NCBI GenBank assembly: GCA_043745195.1 | Contig: JAYTTF010000188.1 | Span: forward strand, 37,316 to 101,315 | From: Bryobacterales bacterium | GTDB lineage: Bacteria; Acidobacteriota; Terriglobia; Bryobacterales; Bryobacteraceae | Length of the DNA: 64,000 nucleotides | Direction: 5' to 3' | In this document: positions 38,390 to 46,801 of the stretch, piece by piece | How the letters are laid out: each line of letters starts with the position of its first letter | Numbering within the stretch: the first letter of the stretch is position 1 | Made by a program: the position numbers and the translations under genes | The notes under the pieces: generated by a model | The model's database searches: none | Told to the model about the DNA's origin: nothing | The model's input: the letters and a program-made list of their open reading frames with translations, nothing else

Positions 38390-38547
38390 CCAAATAGATT
38401 CCTACAAAGTTACAGACGCGAAACAAGGGACTGAGGTTGCATGCCCTTGGGGAAATCCTACCAAAAATTGTATCGCAATACAACAATGGCCCAAATCCTC
38501 TACCAAATTCCGTAACAGTTGTATCCAGAACAACTTAACAAATGATT

Positions 38548-40590
38548 TCACCCTGCCAACCCTAGGCGTACCAGCATTGCTTCCGGGTCAGGTTGCCGTC
38601 CCATGAATTGTTGATACAGCTGAATCGGTTCCTCGCTGTTCCCTTTCGACAGAATTTGATCACGGAATGCGCGCCCAGTTTGAGAATTGAGCACCCCTTC
38701 CTTGTGGAATCGGCTGAAGGCATCGGCGTCCAGCAATTCGGCCCATTTGTAAGAATAGTACCCGGCACCGTATCCAACTGGGCTGGAAAACAGGTGCGTG
38801 AAGGAGGCAATCATTGCATGGCCTTTTGGCAATGGCACTGGCAGGCAATCAGCCAGAATGTTACTTGAATAAGATATGGGGTCGCCGTGAATTTCGGGGT
38901 TGTACTTCATGTGCAGTGATAAATCGATTGTTGAAAAACTGACTTGCCGCATTTGAGCAGAAGCTGAGCGGAATGTCTTGGAATCCTGCAGCTTCTTCAA
39001 TAAAGCATTTGGCAGAGGTTCACCAGTTTCATAATGGCGGGCAAACAAATTCAAAGCCTTCTCTTCAACGCACCAATTTTCAAGAATTTGCGAAGGAAGC
39101 TCAACGAAGTCCCAAGCAACGTTTGTGCCAGCTAACCCGCGCACCTCAACTCGAGTGAGGCAATGATGCAACAGGTGGCCAAATTCGTGGAAAACTGTTT
39201 CCACCTCGCGGTGAGTAAGCAGGGCAGGCTTGCCATCCAAGGGAGGAGTCATGTTGCCGCAGATTAATCCCAGGTGCGGAGTCCAGCCGTTGGCAGTTGG
39301 ACGCCCCAGGCAAAAACCATCCATCCAAGCTCCACCGCGCTTGGTTTCGCGTGGGAACATGTCGGAATAGAAGCATCCCATCAGTTCGCCGGAAGTCCGG
39401 TCATAAATGGCGTAAGATTCCACATCGGGGTGCCACACTGGAACATTTTCGCGCCGCAACACGTTTATGCCAAAGAGTTCACCGAAGATTTCGAACATGC
39501 CTTTCAGCACCTGCGGCAGAGGGAAGTAGGGCCGCAACTCCTCTTCGTTGAAATCCATTTGCTGAGCACGCATTTTCTCAGCAAAGTAAGAAATGTCCCA
39601 TAGTTGCATGGGTCCTTCGGCTTCTTTGGTTATTTGAAAGCGAAAGGCTTCCAACTCGCGATTTTGTTGTTCCCAAAATGGAAAGGTTCGCTCTCGAAGG
39701 GACTCGATAAAAGCCAACGCGGAATCGCCGGATTTCGCCATGCGATCAGCAGTCACCAAATCGGCAAAATTCTTATAGCTAAGCAGGTTCGCTTTTTCAC
39801 GGCGCAACTCAAGAATGCGCGATACGATTGGGCGGTTATCGCGATCCCCTTGCGTGGCTCTTGAATAAAAGCCCCGCGCAATTGTTTCGCGAATCTGGCG
39901 ATTGTCAAGATAATTGGAAACAGCGGTGAAACTAGGTGCTTGCAGGGTGAACCGCCAGCCCTCAACACCCTTTGATTCGGCGCTTTGTCTAGCGGCTGCA
40001 ACGGCTGAAGGCGGCAGACCAGCTAACTCGCTTTCATCGGTAACCACAAGCTCAAAGTCGTTAGTTGCATCCAGAACATTTTCTGAAAACTTCATGGTGA
40101 GCTTGGATAACTCAACATCGATTTCAGCTAACCGAGCCTTGCCTACCGAACCCAGTTCAGCCCCAGCGCGCCGGAACCCATCCAACGTTTTTTCCAAATA
40201 GCGCTTGTGGACTCCAGTAAGATTGGAAGCTTCGGCAGTTACAGCATAGTCTTTCAGCGCCTGATAAAGTCCTTCATTTAGAGAAATACTGGAATAGAAG
40301 GCACTAACGTTTGGCTGAGAAATGTTGACTGCAGCGCGCATCTCAGGCGTAGACGCCACAGATTCCAGATGGCGAACAATTGTAATGGCCCAATCCAAAC
40401 CTTCGGTGGCCACGTCATAGGCGGCCATAGTGTTATTCCAAGTTCGAGGGGAAGGTTGGTTGATGATCTGGTCGATCTTCAGTTTGGCATTTTTGATGAG
40501 CTGATCCAGCCCCGGCTCAACATGGGAGGCTTGGATTTTATCGAACGGGATATCAAATTGAGGTTGAAGGAGCGGGTTTGCAGCAGACAT
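38548..40590 (-). CDS. M3 family metallo-oligopeptidase (oligopeptidase A / Dcp-like)
   Basis: 680 aa. Zincin motif VFHEFGHLLHH with a downstream E. Length and layout are typical of the M3A family. Confidence 0.9.
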   Translation of the reverse strand: MSAANPLLQPQFDIPFDKIQASHVEPGLDQLIKNAKLKIDQIINQPSPRTWNNTMAAYDVATEGLDWAITIVRHLESVASTPEMRAAVNISQPNVSAFYSSISLNEGLYQALKDYAVTAEASNLTGVHKRYLEKTLDGFRRAGAELGSVGKARLAEIDVELSKLTMKFSENVLDATNDFELVVTDESELAGLPPSAVAAARQSAESKGVEGWRFTLQAPSFTAVSNYLDNRQIRETIARGFYSRATQGDRDNRPIVSRILELRREKANLLSYKNFADLVTADRMAKSGDSALAFIESLRERTFPFWEQQNRELEAFRFQITKEAEGPMQLWDISYFAEKMRAQQMDFNEEELRPYFPLPQVLKGMFEIFGELFGINVLRRENVPVWHPDVESYAIYDRTSGELMGCFYSDMFPRETKRGGAWMDGFCLGRPTANGWTPHLGLICGNMTPPLDGKPALLTHREVETVFHEFGHLLHHCLTRVEVRGLAGTNVAWDFVELPSQILENWCVEEKALNLFARHYETGEPLPNALLKKLQDSKTFRSASAQMRQVSFSTIDLSLHMKYNPEIHGDPISYSSNILADCLPVPLPKGHAMIASFTHLFSSPVGYGAGYYSYKWAELLDADAFSRFHKEGVLNSQTGRAFRDQILSKGNSEEPIQLYQQFMGRQPDPEAMLVRLGLAG

Positions 40591-40744
40591 CAGTTAGCTA
40601 CCAAAGTACAAGAAAAGCGGCTGAATAACCAGCAGTAAAGCAATACAAGTAAGAATTGCTAATTGTTCGATATTTGTAAACGGCTACTTTTCAGTGGAAT
40701 GAAGTATTTACACTGTTAGTAAATGTTTCGTCATACGGTTGCGT

Positions 40745-41055
40745 GGACGGTTTTCAGTTGGTTGCCGTTTTCGTCAAAGATCCCCATTTCCCCAGACAAC
40801 GAAAATCGTCTTGAACTTTGAAATGACCCGTTGCCATCCATGCCTTGTGGAAGGCATCAACTTCAAACTCATCATCCAAACTGACGGCCGGATCAGTTTT
40901 GGTTCGGCCTTCGTTTCAATCGAAGGTGCTTGCTTGTGAGTCTAGATCGATTAGCGCTGCTCGCACCTTCCGGGATCTCGCATAGGCGGCCAGATGTACA
41001 GCGGTTGTGCTTTTGCCACTCCGCCCTTTTGCGCAATGATGGCTGCGGTTTTCAT
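40745..41055 (-). pseudogene. ParA/Soj-like ATPase gene remnant (frameshifted and truncated)
   Basis: The ATG at 41055 gives MKTAAIIAQKGG. The Walker A box then continues in another frame (SGKSTTAVHLAAYARSRKVRAALIDLDSQASTFD) and ends in stops. A 1-nt loss in GGA-AGT explains the shift. The remainder of the ParA body is missing. Confidence 0.6.
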
Positions 41056-41176
41056 ACTACAGTGGTAGCATGTTATCACATAGCGCGAGGCGCCTGAGCA
41101 GGATAGGTCTAGTTCAGCAAGGGAAACATGGTACCTTTGGTTAGGTTCGCAATAATGAGAACCATGGGAAGAGTGG

Positions 41177-41545
41177 TTGCCTCAAACAGAAATTTTCTTC
41201 TTCCGAGAACCGGGCAGGCCCGTGCCGCTTCTGGACTGGCTCGACGAGATGCCCACCAAGGTGCAGTCCAAATGCACCGAGCGGATTGATCGGTTGGGCG
41301 AACTTGGCCATGAACTCCGGCGACCGGAAGCCGATTTCTTGAGAGACGGAATCCATGAACTTCGAGCAAGCTACCAGGGGGTTCACTACCGAATGCTGTA
41401 TTTCTTTGCCGGTAAGGCTGTGGTGGTTGTATCACACGGATTGACCAAGGAAAGGGAAGTGCCGCCGAAGGAGATCGATCTCGCCGTGAAGCGGAAGAAG
41501 CAGGTTGAGACGAACTTCAAGCAGTTCACGTTCAAACCGGAGTAG
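41177..41545 (+). CDS. Gp49/HigB-like RelE-superfamily toxin (second copy of this TA type)
   Basis: 122 aa with a TTG start. ...GIHELRASYQGVHYRMLYFFAGKAVVVVSHGLTKEREVPPKEIDLAVKRKK is the typical Gp49 (DUF891) core. Confidence 0.75.
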   Translation: MPQTEIFFFREPGRPVPLLDWLDEMPTKVQSKCTERIDRLGELGHELRRPEADFLRDGIHELRASYQGVHYRMLYFFAGKAVVVVSHGLTKEREVPPKEIDLAVKRKKQVETNFKQFTFKPE

Positions 41546-41555
41546 AAGGAAGGGT

Positions 41556-41879
41556 ATGCCAAAGAAACAGTTCAGTTCAAAAGCCTCGGCGTATCTGTAC
41601 AAGCGATATGTAGCCGGTGATCCGGCGCGAGAACAGTCCTACGAAGAGGAGGTCATCAACGCGGAGATCGCGCGGAAGATCCATAACCTTCGCACGAAGG
41701 CCGGTCTCACACAGCAAGAACTGGCTTCTCGGATAGGGACGACCAAATCGGCGATCTGCCGTTTAGAAGATGCCGACTATGACGGCCACTCTCTTTCCAT
41801 GCTGAAGCGAATTGCTGAAGCCCTGGATAAACGCGTGCAGATTCGTTTCGTCGCCGCGAAGAAGTTGAGGGTCGCCTGA
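41556..41879 (+). CDS. XRE-family HTH antitoxin
   Basis: The ATG at 41556 is preceded by GAAGGAAGGG. IHNLRTKAGLTQQELASRIGTTKSAICRLEDADYDGHSLSMLKRIAEAL is an HTH_XRE motif. Confidence 0.8.
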   Translation: MPKKQFSSKASAYLYKRYVAGDPAREQSYEEEVINAEIARKIHNLRTKAGLTQQELASRIGTTKSAICRLEDADYDGHSLSMLKRIAEALDKRVQIRFVAAKKLRVA

Positions 41880-42061
41880 TGCTCAACGCAGCAATCGCCT
41901 CCGGGAGCTGATCGAAGCATTCCCTGGAATCAAAGCAAAGAAGAAGAATCCCTCGTATTCGAGCTTTTTTGGGCAAGAACTTACTTGACAAATCACATTG
42001 TTAGCGATGGGTGAAATTTGGGTAGTGGGGTCAGTCTACCGAAATTTGACATTGGGGATGG

Positions 42062-42434
42062 TTAGGCTTGAGGGCGCTGGAACGTGTTTTCTATAACCAA
42101 CTCTTCTAAGCGTTTAGCGGATTTTTGGATCCGACGAGCAATAGCCCGGTATGTTTTTGACCCTGAAAGTCCGGCAGCGGTATTCTCCCAAGATGGGAAT
42201 GTTTCTTCCAGCTCTTCTAGTTCTTTACGCACTAATGAAATCTGGGCTTCTATTTTGAGGGCACCATCATTGCGTCTTCAATTTGATGCCATTATTTTCG
42301 CGCTCCACCTTGTTTTTGGCTTCCTTCTTGAGGAGGTCTGCCTTTGAAACGGTTAGCACCTTGCGGAACGCCATATCTAAACGTTCGGATGGCGTTCCAC
42401 CTTCGCGAAGGTCGATTGCGGGAGGAGTTCTCAT
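42062..42434 (-). pseudogene. Possible frameshifted small coiled-coil gene (or two small ORFs)
   Basis: 55-aa ORF 42267-42434 (MRTPPAIDLREGGTPSERLDMAFRKVLTVSKADLLKKEAKNKVERE...). It is followed in another frame by an open stretch with no canonical start (NDGALKIEAQISLVRKELEELEETFPSWEN...RLEELVIENTFQRPQA*, stop at 42062-42064). Confidence 0.3.
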
Positions 42435-42555
42435 ATGATTCCATCATATGCCCTAAAGGGCGGGAATACCAGCCCGCCCCGCCAACACTCCTTCCTGAAA
42501 TAAACTTTGAAGAAATTTGCTTTTTGTGGAGGAGGAATGATATAAAGGAGGAGCA

Positions 42556-43299
42556 ATGAAGTTCGATCAGATTCAATTCGAGGAGGCAGCGTATGATAGT
42601 GTTCGCGAAGTATTGGCCGCAGCGCGAAAATGTCAGGAGCTGCATGAAAGGGCTGGTCTGTCACTCCCCCATCGGATTCAGCGAATGTTGGGGCTCATTT
42701 CGGAATCCAGCGGCTCCACGCCCAGCGGGATGTCTTCGCGAGTCCCTAAGCCGGAGCGTGGTAACGTTCCCAGTGGTGCCGAACCTGACTGGATCTCGAT
42801 TCCCCTCACTGATGGAATCGTGGCCACCTTGACATTGGCGCTCCTTCGGGCCAACGGACCGATGAAGTCCAAAGATGTACAGGACCGAATTGTGGATTTG
42901 AAGCCAGAGACCAAGCCAGGAAGCGTGGCAAATGTCGGTACTCGTTTTAAGGCGAACGCCACAATAATGTCCACGCCAGACGGGTGGCAACTCCTGAAGC
43001 CCGAAAGCGCCGCCATAATCCACGAGGGGAAGCTTTGGGGGCCTGCCGTGGTCTTCACGCCTCCAGAACTCGCGACTTATCGGCGTGAAGCGATCCTCCA
43101 CATACTTAAATATTTTGCTAGCGGACTGCAAGTGGTTCAGATTGTCCAAGAGATCAACTCGTGTGATTGGTGGACAAGCGGAACGGTTAACAAAGACATG
43201 CTAAAAGCGGATCTTCCAATCCTCGCAGAATTGGGGAAATTAATACAGGTAGGCCAGAGCAGGAAATGGAAGCTGGCTCCAATAGAGAAGACACAATGA
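42556..43299 (+). CDS. Orphan hypothetical protein, possibly two winged-helix-like modules
   Basis: 247 aa with a strong AAGGAGGAG RBS. N-terminal helical segment, Ser/Pro-rich linker, then two similar ~70-aa modules (ATLTLALLRANGPMKSKDVQDRI...DGWQLL and REAILHILKYFASGLQVVQIVQEI...RKWKL). No family recognised. Confidence 0.6.
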   Translation: MKFDQIQFEEAAYDSVREVLAAARKCQELHERAGLSLPHRIQRMLGLISESSGSTPSGMSSRVPKPERGNVPSGAEPDWISIPLTDGIVATLTLALLRANGPMKSKDVQDRIVDLKPETKPGSVANVGTRFKANATIMSTPDGWQLLKPESAAIIHEGKLWGPAVVFTPPELATYRREAILHILKYFASGLQVVQIVQEINSCDWWTSGTVNKDMLKADLPILAELGKLIQVGQSRKWKLAPIEKTQ

Positions 43300-43346
43300 C
43301 AATGAAACAACACATTTACGAGTGGTTAACAATGAGGAGAACAGTA

Positions 43347-43426
43347 GCCCCTGCCGCCCGAGTTCACCGACGGCTGGGGGCCATAACCGACCTGGGGCGC
43401 TAGGTTTAGCGACTGCCACGCCCCAG
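43347..43426. terminator. Two adjacent GC-rich hairpins downstream of the orphan gene (terminator or REP-like)
   Basis: GCCCCTGCCG (43347-43356) pairs imperfectly with CGGCTGGGGGC (43371-43381). CTGGGGCG (43392-43399) pairs perfectly with CGCCCCAG (43419-43426). No T-tract follows. Confidence 0.3.
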
Positions 43427-43565
43427 ACTCAAGGTGAACAACGTTATAACTAATGCAGAGGATCGCAAGCCTAAAGCTCGCGGTCCTCTGTCCACTAACA
43501 GTATCAGCCATTTCAGCGGAATAGTCCACTATTCCGGCAGTTTACGATTGCCACTACCTTGGCGT

Positions 43566-43934
43566 TTATGCCGCTGGTTGCCGTTCATCCACATTCTTGC
43601 CTGTCAATTGATCCCACGTGAGACGCTTGCCGATGATCTGGCGAACGGCGAGATCAAACCGCTGGCCATCGTTGAAGTCTTTGCGATGATTAAAGCGGAA
43701 GGCTTGTTCATCCAAATAGGGGAACAAGTGAAATGGTTCAACTGAAATGTAAGTGCCGCCTAATGTGCGCTTGAGTAAGCTCCAAAAGTTTTCAAGTCCG
43801 TTAGTGTGGATCTCGCCATCAACGTAAGCTACAGCGTGATCAATTACCTCATGCTGGAACTCAGTTAGCCCCTCGTAGAAAATTGGTTGACGAAACAGCG
43901 CAATATGTGGGAACGCCGCTTGGATCACGATCAA
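43566..43934 (-). mobile_element. IS1595-family transposase C-terminal fragment
   Basis: ...YEGLTEFQHEVIDHAVAYVDGEIHTNGLENFWSLLKRTLGGTYISVEPFHLFPYLDEQAFRFNHRK matches the conserved IS1595/ISXO2-like C-terminus (HTN-x-IEGFWS-x-LKR ... H-L-x-x-Y-L-x-E-F-x-FR-x-N). The N-terminal zinc ribbon and first DDE residues are absent. Confidence 0.75.
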
Positions 43935-43963
43935 TATTTACTGGAAATGAAGGAGAAGGAATA

Positions 43964-44447
43964 ATGACATCCTCAAAGCTATGGGTCCCGGATCCGAACC
44001 TGGACCTTGTTCTGGAACGAATTGTCGACGTAAAGGCGGAATTGGTTTGGAAAGCCTGGACCGAACCTGAGCACTTATGTCAAATGGTTTTGCCCATTGC
44101 CCTGGACCGCTTCTGATTGCGAGATCGATCTGCGTCCCGGAGGACTGTTCCGCACCACAATGCGATCACCGGAGGGGCAGGAATTTCCTAACGTAGGCTG
44201 CTACCTGGAAGTGGTTCGGAACAAGCGACTGGTTTTTACGGACGCGCTCCTGCCGGGTTACCGCCCATCGGAAAAGCCATTCATGACAGCGATTATTTCA
44301 ATAGAGCCAAATGGTGACGGGACGAAGTACACAGCGGTGGCCCTGCATCGCGATGAGGCGGCACGAAAGCAGCACGAAGACATGAGGGTTTTAAAAGGTT
44401 GGGAGACGGCGCTGGATCAGTTGGTAGCGCATGTTAAGAGCTGGTAA
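43964..44447 (+). pseudogene. SRPBCC/AHSA1-family protein gene with a 1-nt frameshift
   Basis: The ATG at 43964 (RBS GAAGGAGAAGGA) gives [38 protein letters not shown]. The conserved continuation (V)[35 protein letters not shown]... is in the +1 frame from ~44078. Confidence 0.7.
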
Positions 44448-44449
44448 CA

Positions 44450-45244
44450 TCACCGTGCGGCTCGAATTGTCCAGTTTACGCCCAGCAGGATTTGATGATC
44501 CACTGTACCGGTAGAGATCCCCACGTGCTGCGCTGAAAGATCGAGACTGAAGCCGTCACTAATTTGATATTCCATACCTTCCAACATGGTAAAAAAGCGG
44601 TTCAGTGAAGTCTGTTTTTCAACAGTGATATTGGCGTGCAAGGTTAACTTCTTACGCAAACCGTGCTGCCCCAATTTTCGCCCGTAGCCAAAAGCTACGT
44701 CGAAAATGCCTGCTGGATTGGTGTCACTTGCTTGGCTTGCGCCGGTCCAACTGACGCTTCCGCCGATGCTGTTCAAACCTGGATCAACACGAAACAGAGC
44801 ACTCCCACCGCCACGAAATCCACCTTCCCCTCGGGTCTGAATGGTGATCATTGGGGCAATCCCCACATTGATACCGTTCCATTTTACTGCTGTGGTGCTG
44901 GTGAAAGTAATGTGGTCGCTGGCTTGGGTCAGCCGGTTGCCGTCAGTTACGAAACTATCCACAACATCAGCGTTGATCCCCCATTCGGTGTGCTTCAAAT
45001 AGGCGTTGTCTGATTCTGGAGTAAAGCGCAATGTGGTGGGCATCCAGTAACTACCGTTTGCTGTGAAGCCATTCAATACATCCAATTCAAAGGTTCCGGG
45101 AGCTGCGATCAAAGGGGAAACTGTCAGTCTATTACGGAAGGAAACAGACTGACGGCGCATCCGTGGTGTCCTCCTGGGCGCAGCCCTAAGTTGCGATGAG
45201 CCGAGCAGCAACCCAAACAGCGTCAGCAGCGTCCTATAGTTCAT
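44450..45244 (-). CDS. Putative outer-membrane beta-barrel protein
   Basis: 264 aa. Signal peptide MNYRTLLTLFGLLLGSSQLRAA. Alternating-hydrophobicity beta pattern. Gly/Ser/Thr-rich loops. No family recognised with certainty. Confidence 0.55.
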   Translation of the reverse strand: MNYRTLLTLFGLLLGSSQLRAAPRRTPRMRRQSVSFRNRLTVSPLIAAPGTFELDVLNGFTANGSYWMPTTLRFTPESDNAYLKHTEWGINADVVDSFVTDGNRLTQASDHITFTSTTAVKWNGINVGIAPMITIQTRGEGGFRGGGSALFRVDPGLNSIGGSVSWTGASQASDTNPAGIFDVAFGYGRKLGQHGLRKKLTLHANITVEKQTSLNRFFTMLEGMEYQISDGFSLDLSAQHVGISTGTVDHQILLGVNWTIRAAR

Positions 45245-45292
45245 TAGTTAAAGTGTACGCCTGCTTGGGCGGTTAGAATTAAGAGAGATACC

Positions 45293-46801
45293 ATGAACCT
45301 TCGATTTGTACATCTGGCCGGAGCTTTGCTCGCAGCATCAGCATTCGGTCAATCCCTTAAAGACTTCGAAAAGAACGTTACCGAGTTTGATTTGCCAAAC
45401 GGAATGCATTTCATTTTGTTGGAACGGCACCAGGCACCTGTGGCCAGTTTTTACATGCACGTGAATTCCGGCGCGGTGAACGATCCTGGTGGCCGCACCG
45501 GCATGGCCCACATGTTTGAACACATGATCGGCAAAGGAACAACCACCGTTGGAACTAAGAATTGGGCTGACGAAGAAAAAGCACTGTACGCCATTGAAGG
45601 TGCTTACGACACTTTGGAGGCTGAGCGCCGCAAGGGTCCACGAGCGGATAAAGGCAAGTTGGAAAGGTACGAAGCCACGCTGAAAAAGTACATTGAACTT
45701 GCCGGGGAATACGTGGATCAAAACGCTTTTGTGCGGTTGATTCAGGACAACGGGGCCAAGGGATTCAACGCCAGCACATCCATGGATTACACCAACTATT
45801 TTTACAGTCTGCCTTCCAATCGTGCGGAATTGTGGTTTCTGCTGCAAGCGGAATGGGTGAAGCGCCCGGTGTTCCGCGAATTCTACAAAGAGCGCGACGT
45901 GGTGCGCGAGGAACGGAAAATGAGATTGGAATCTTCACCACTAGGCAAACTTCTGGACGTGGCAATTACCAGCGCATTTGCGGCGCATCCTTATCGAGTA
46001 GCCGCTGGATGGGCTAGCGATATTGTTGCCTTGCGCGCCCGTGATGCGGAAGCATTTTGGAAAGAGCATTATGTGCCCAGTAACATCACTGTGGGAATTT
46101 CTGGCGATATTACTGCCGCTGAAGCCAAGCGGATGGCGATGAAGTATTTTGGCGACATGACTCCTGGAACTGCACCATCGCGAGTTACTACTACAGAGCC
46201 TCCGCAGATGGGGGAAAAGAGAGTGAAAGTGGAAGATGCAAGTCAGCCGTTTCTGCTGATCGCCTACAAACGGCCATCGGAAATGGATCCTGATGATGCG
46301 GCCTTCGATGTGCTGGATGGCATTGTTTCCGGCGGGCGCACAGGAATGATTTATAAGGAACTGATTCGTGATAAACAGTTGGCCTTGCAGGCACAGACAG
46401 TAACGAACTTCCCTGCCAGCCGCTATCCAAATTTGTTCCTGTTCTTCACTGTGCCAAATCAGGGAAAGACAGTGGAGGAGAACGAAAAAGCCTGGTATGA
46501 AATCGTGGAGAAATTGAAGTCTGCGCCAGTGGATGCAGCGACACTGAAACGGGTGAAGACGAAGATGCGCACCGGGATGATCAGCCAGTTGGACGACAAT
46601 GCGGGCCTTGCTTCGCAGTTGGCACAGTACCATGCAACTTATGGAGATTGGCGGAAAATGTTCACCGCTTTAGAAGACATTGAAAAAGTAACTGCAGCCG
46701 ATGTGCAGCGAGTTGCGAAAACTTACTTGGTGGAAAAAACGCGCACCGTGGCTTGGATTGTTCCCCCCGCAATTGAGCCAGCCAAGGGAGAAACAAAGTA
46801 A
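45293..46801 (+). CDS. M16 family zinc peptidase (active subunit)
   Basis: 502 aa. Signal peptide. Inverted zincin HMFEHM (HxxEH) with downstream E residues. Confidence 0.9.
   Translation: MNLRFVHLAGALLAASAFGQSLKDFEKNVTEFDLPNGMHFILLERHQAPVASFYMHVNSGAVNDPGGRTGMAHMFEHMIGKGTTTVGTKNWADEEKALYAIEGAYDTLEAERRKGPRADKGKLERYEATLKKYIELAGEYVDQNAFVRLIQDNGAKGFNASTSMDYTNYFYSLPSNRAELWFLLQAEWVKRPVFREFYKERDVVREERKMRLESSPLGKLLDVAITSAFAAHPYRVAAGWASDIVALRARDAEAFWKEHYVPSNITVGISGDITAAEAKRMAMKYFGDMTPGTAPSRVTTTEPPQMGEKRVKVEDASQPFLLIAYKRPSEMDPDDAAFDVLDGIVSGGRTGMIYKELIRDKQLALQAQTVTNFPASRYPNLFLFFTVPNQGKTVEENEKAWYEIVEKLKSAPVDAATLKRVKTKMRTGMISQLDDNAGLASQLAQYHATYGDWRKMFTALEDIEKVTAADVQRVAKTYLVEKTRTVAWIVPPAIEPAKGETK

Noticed and set aside
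38468-38483. TTGTAT-cgca-ATACAA inverted repeat ~80 nt upstream of tonB
   Set aside because: Only 6-bp arms and no resemblance to a Fur box. It could be chance.
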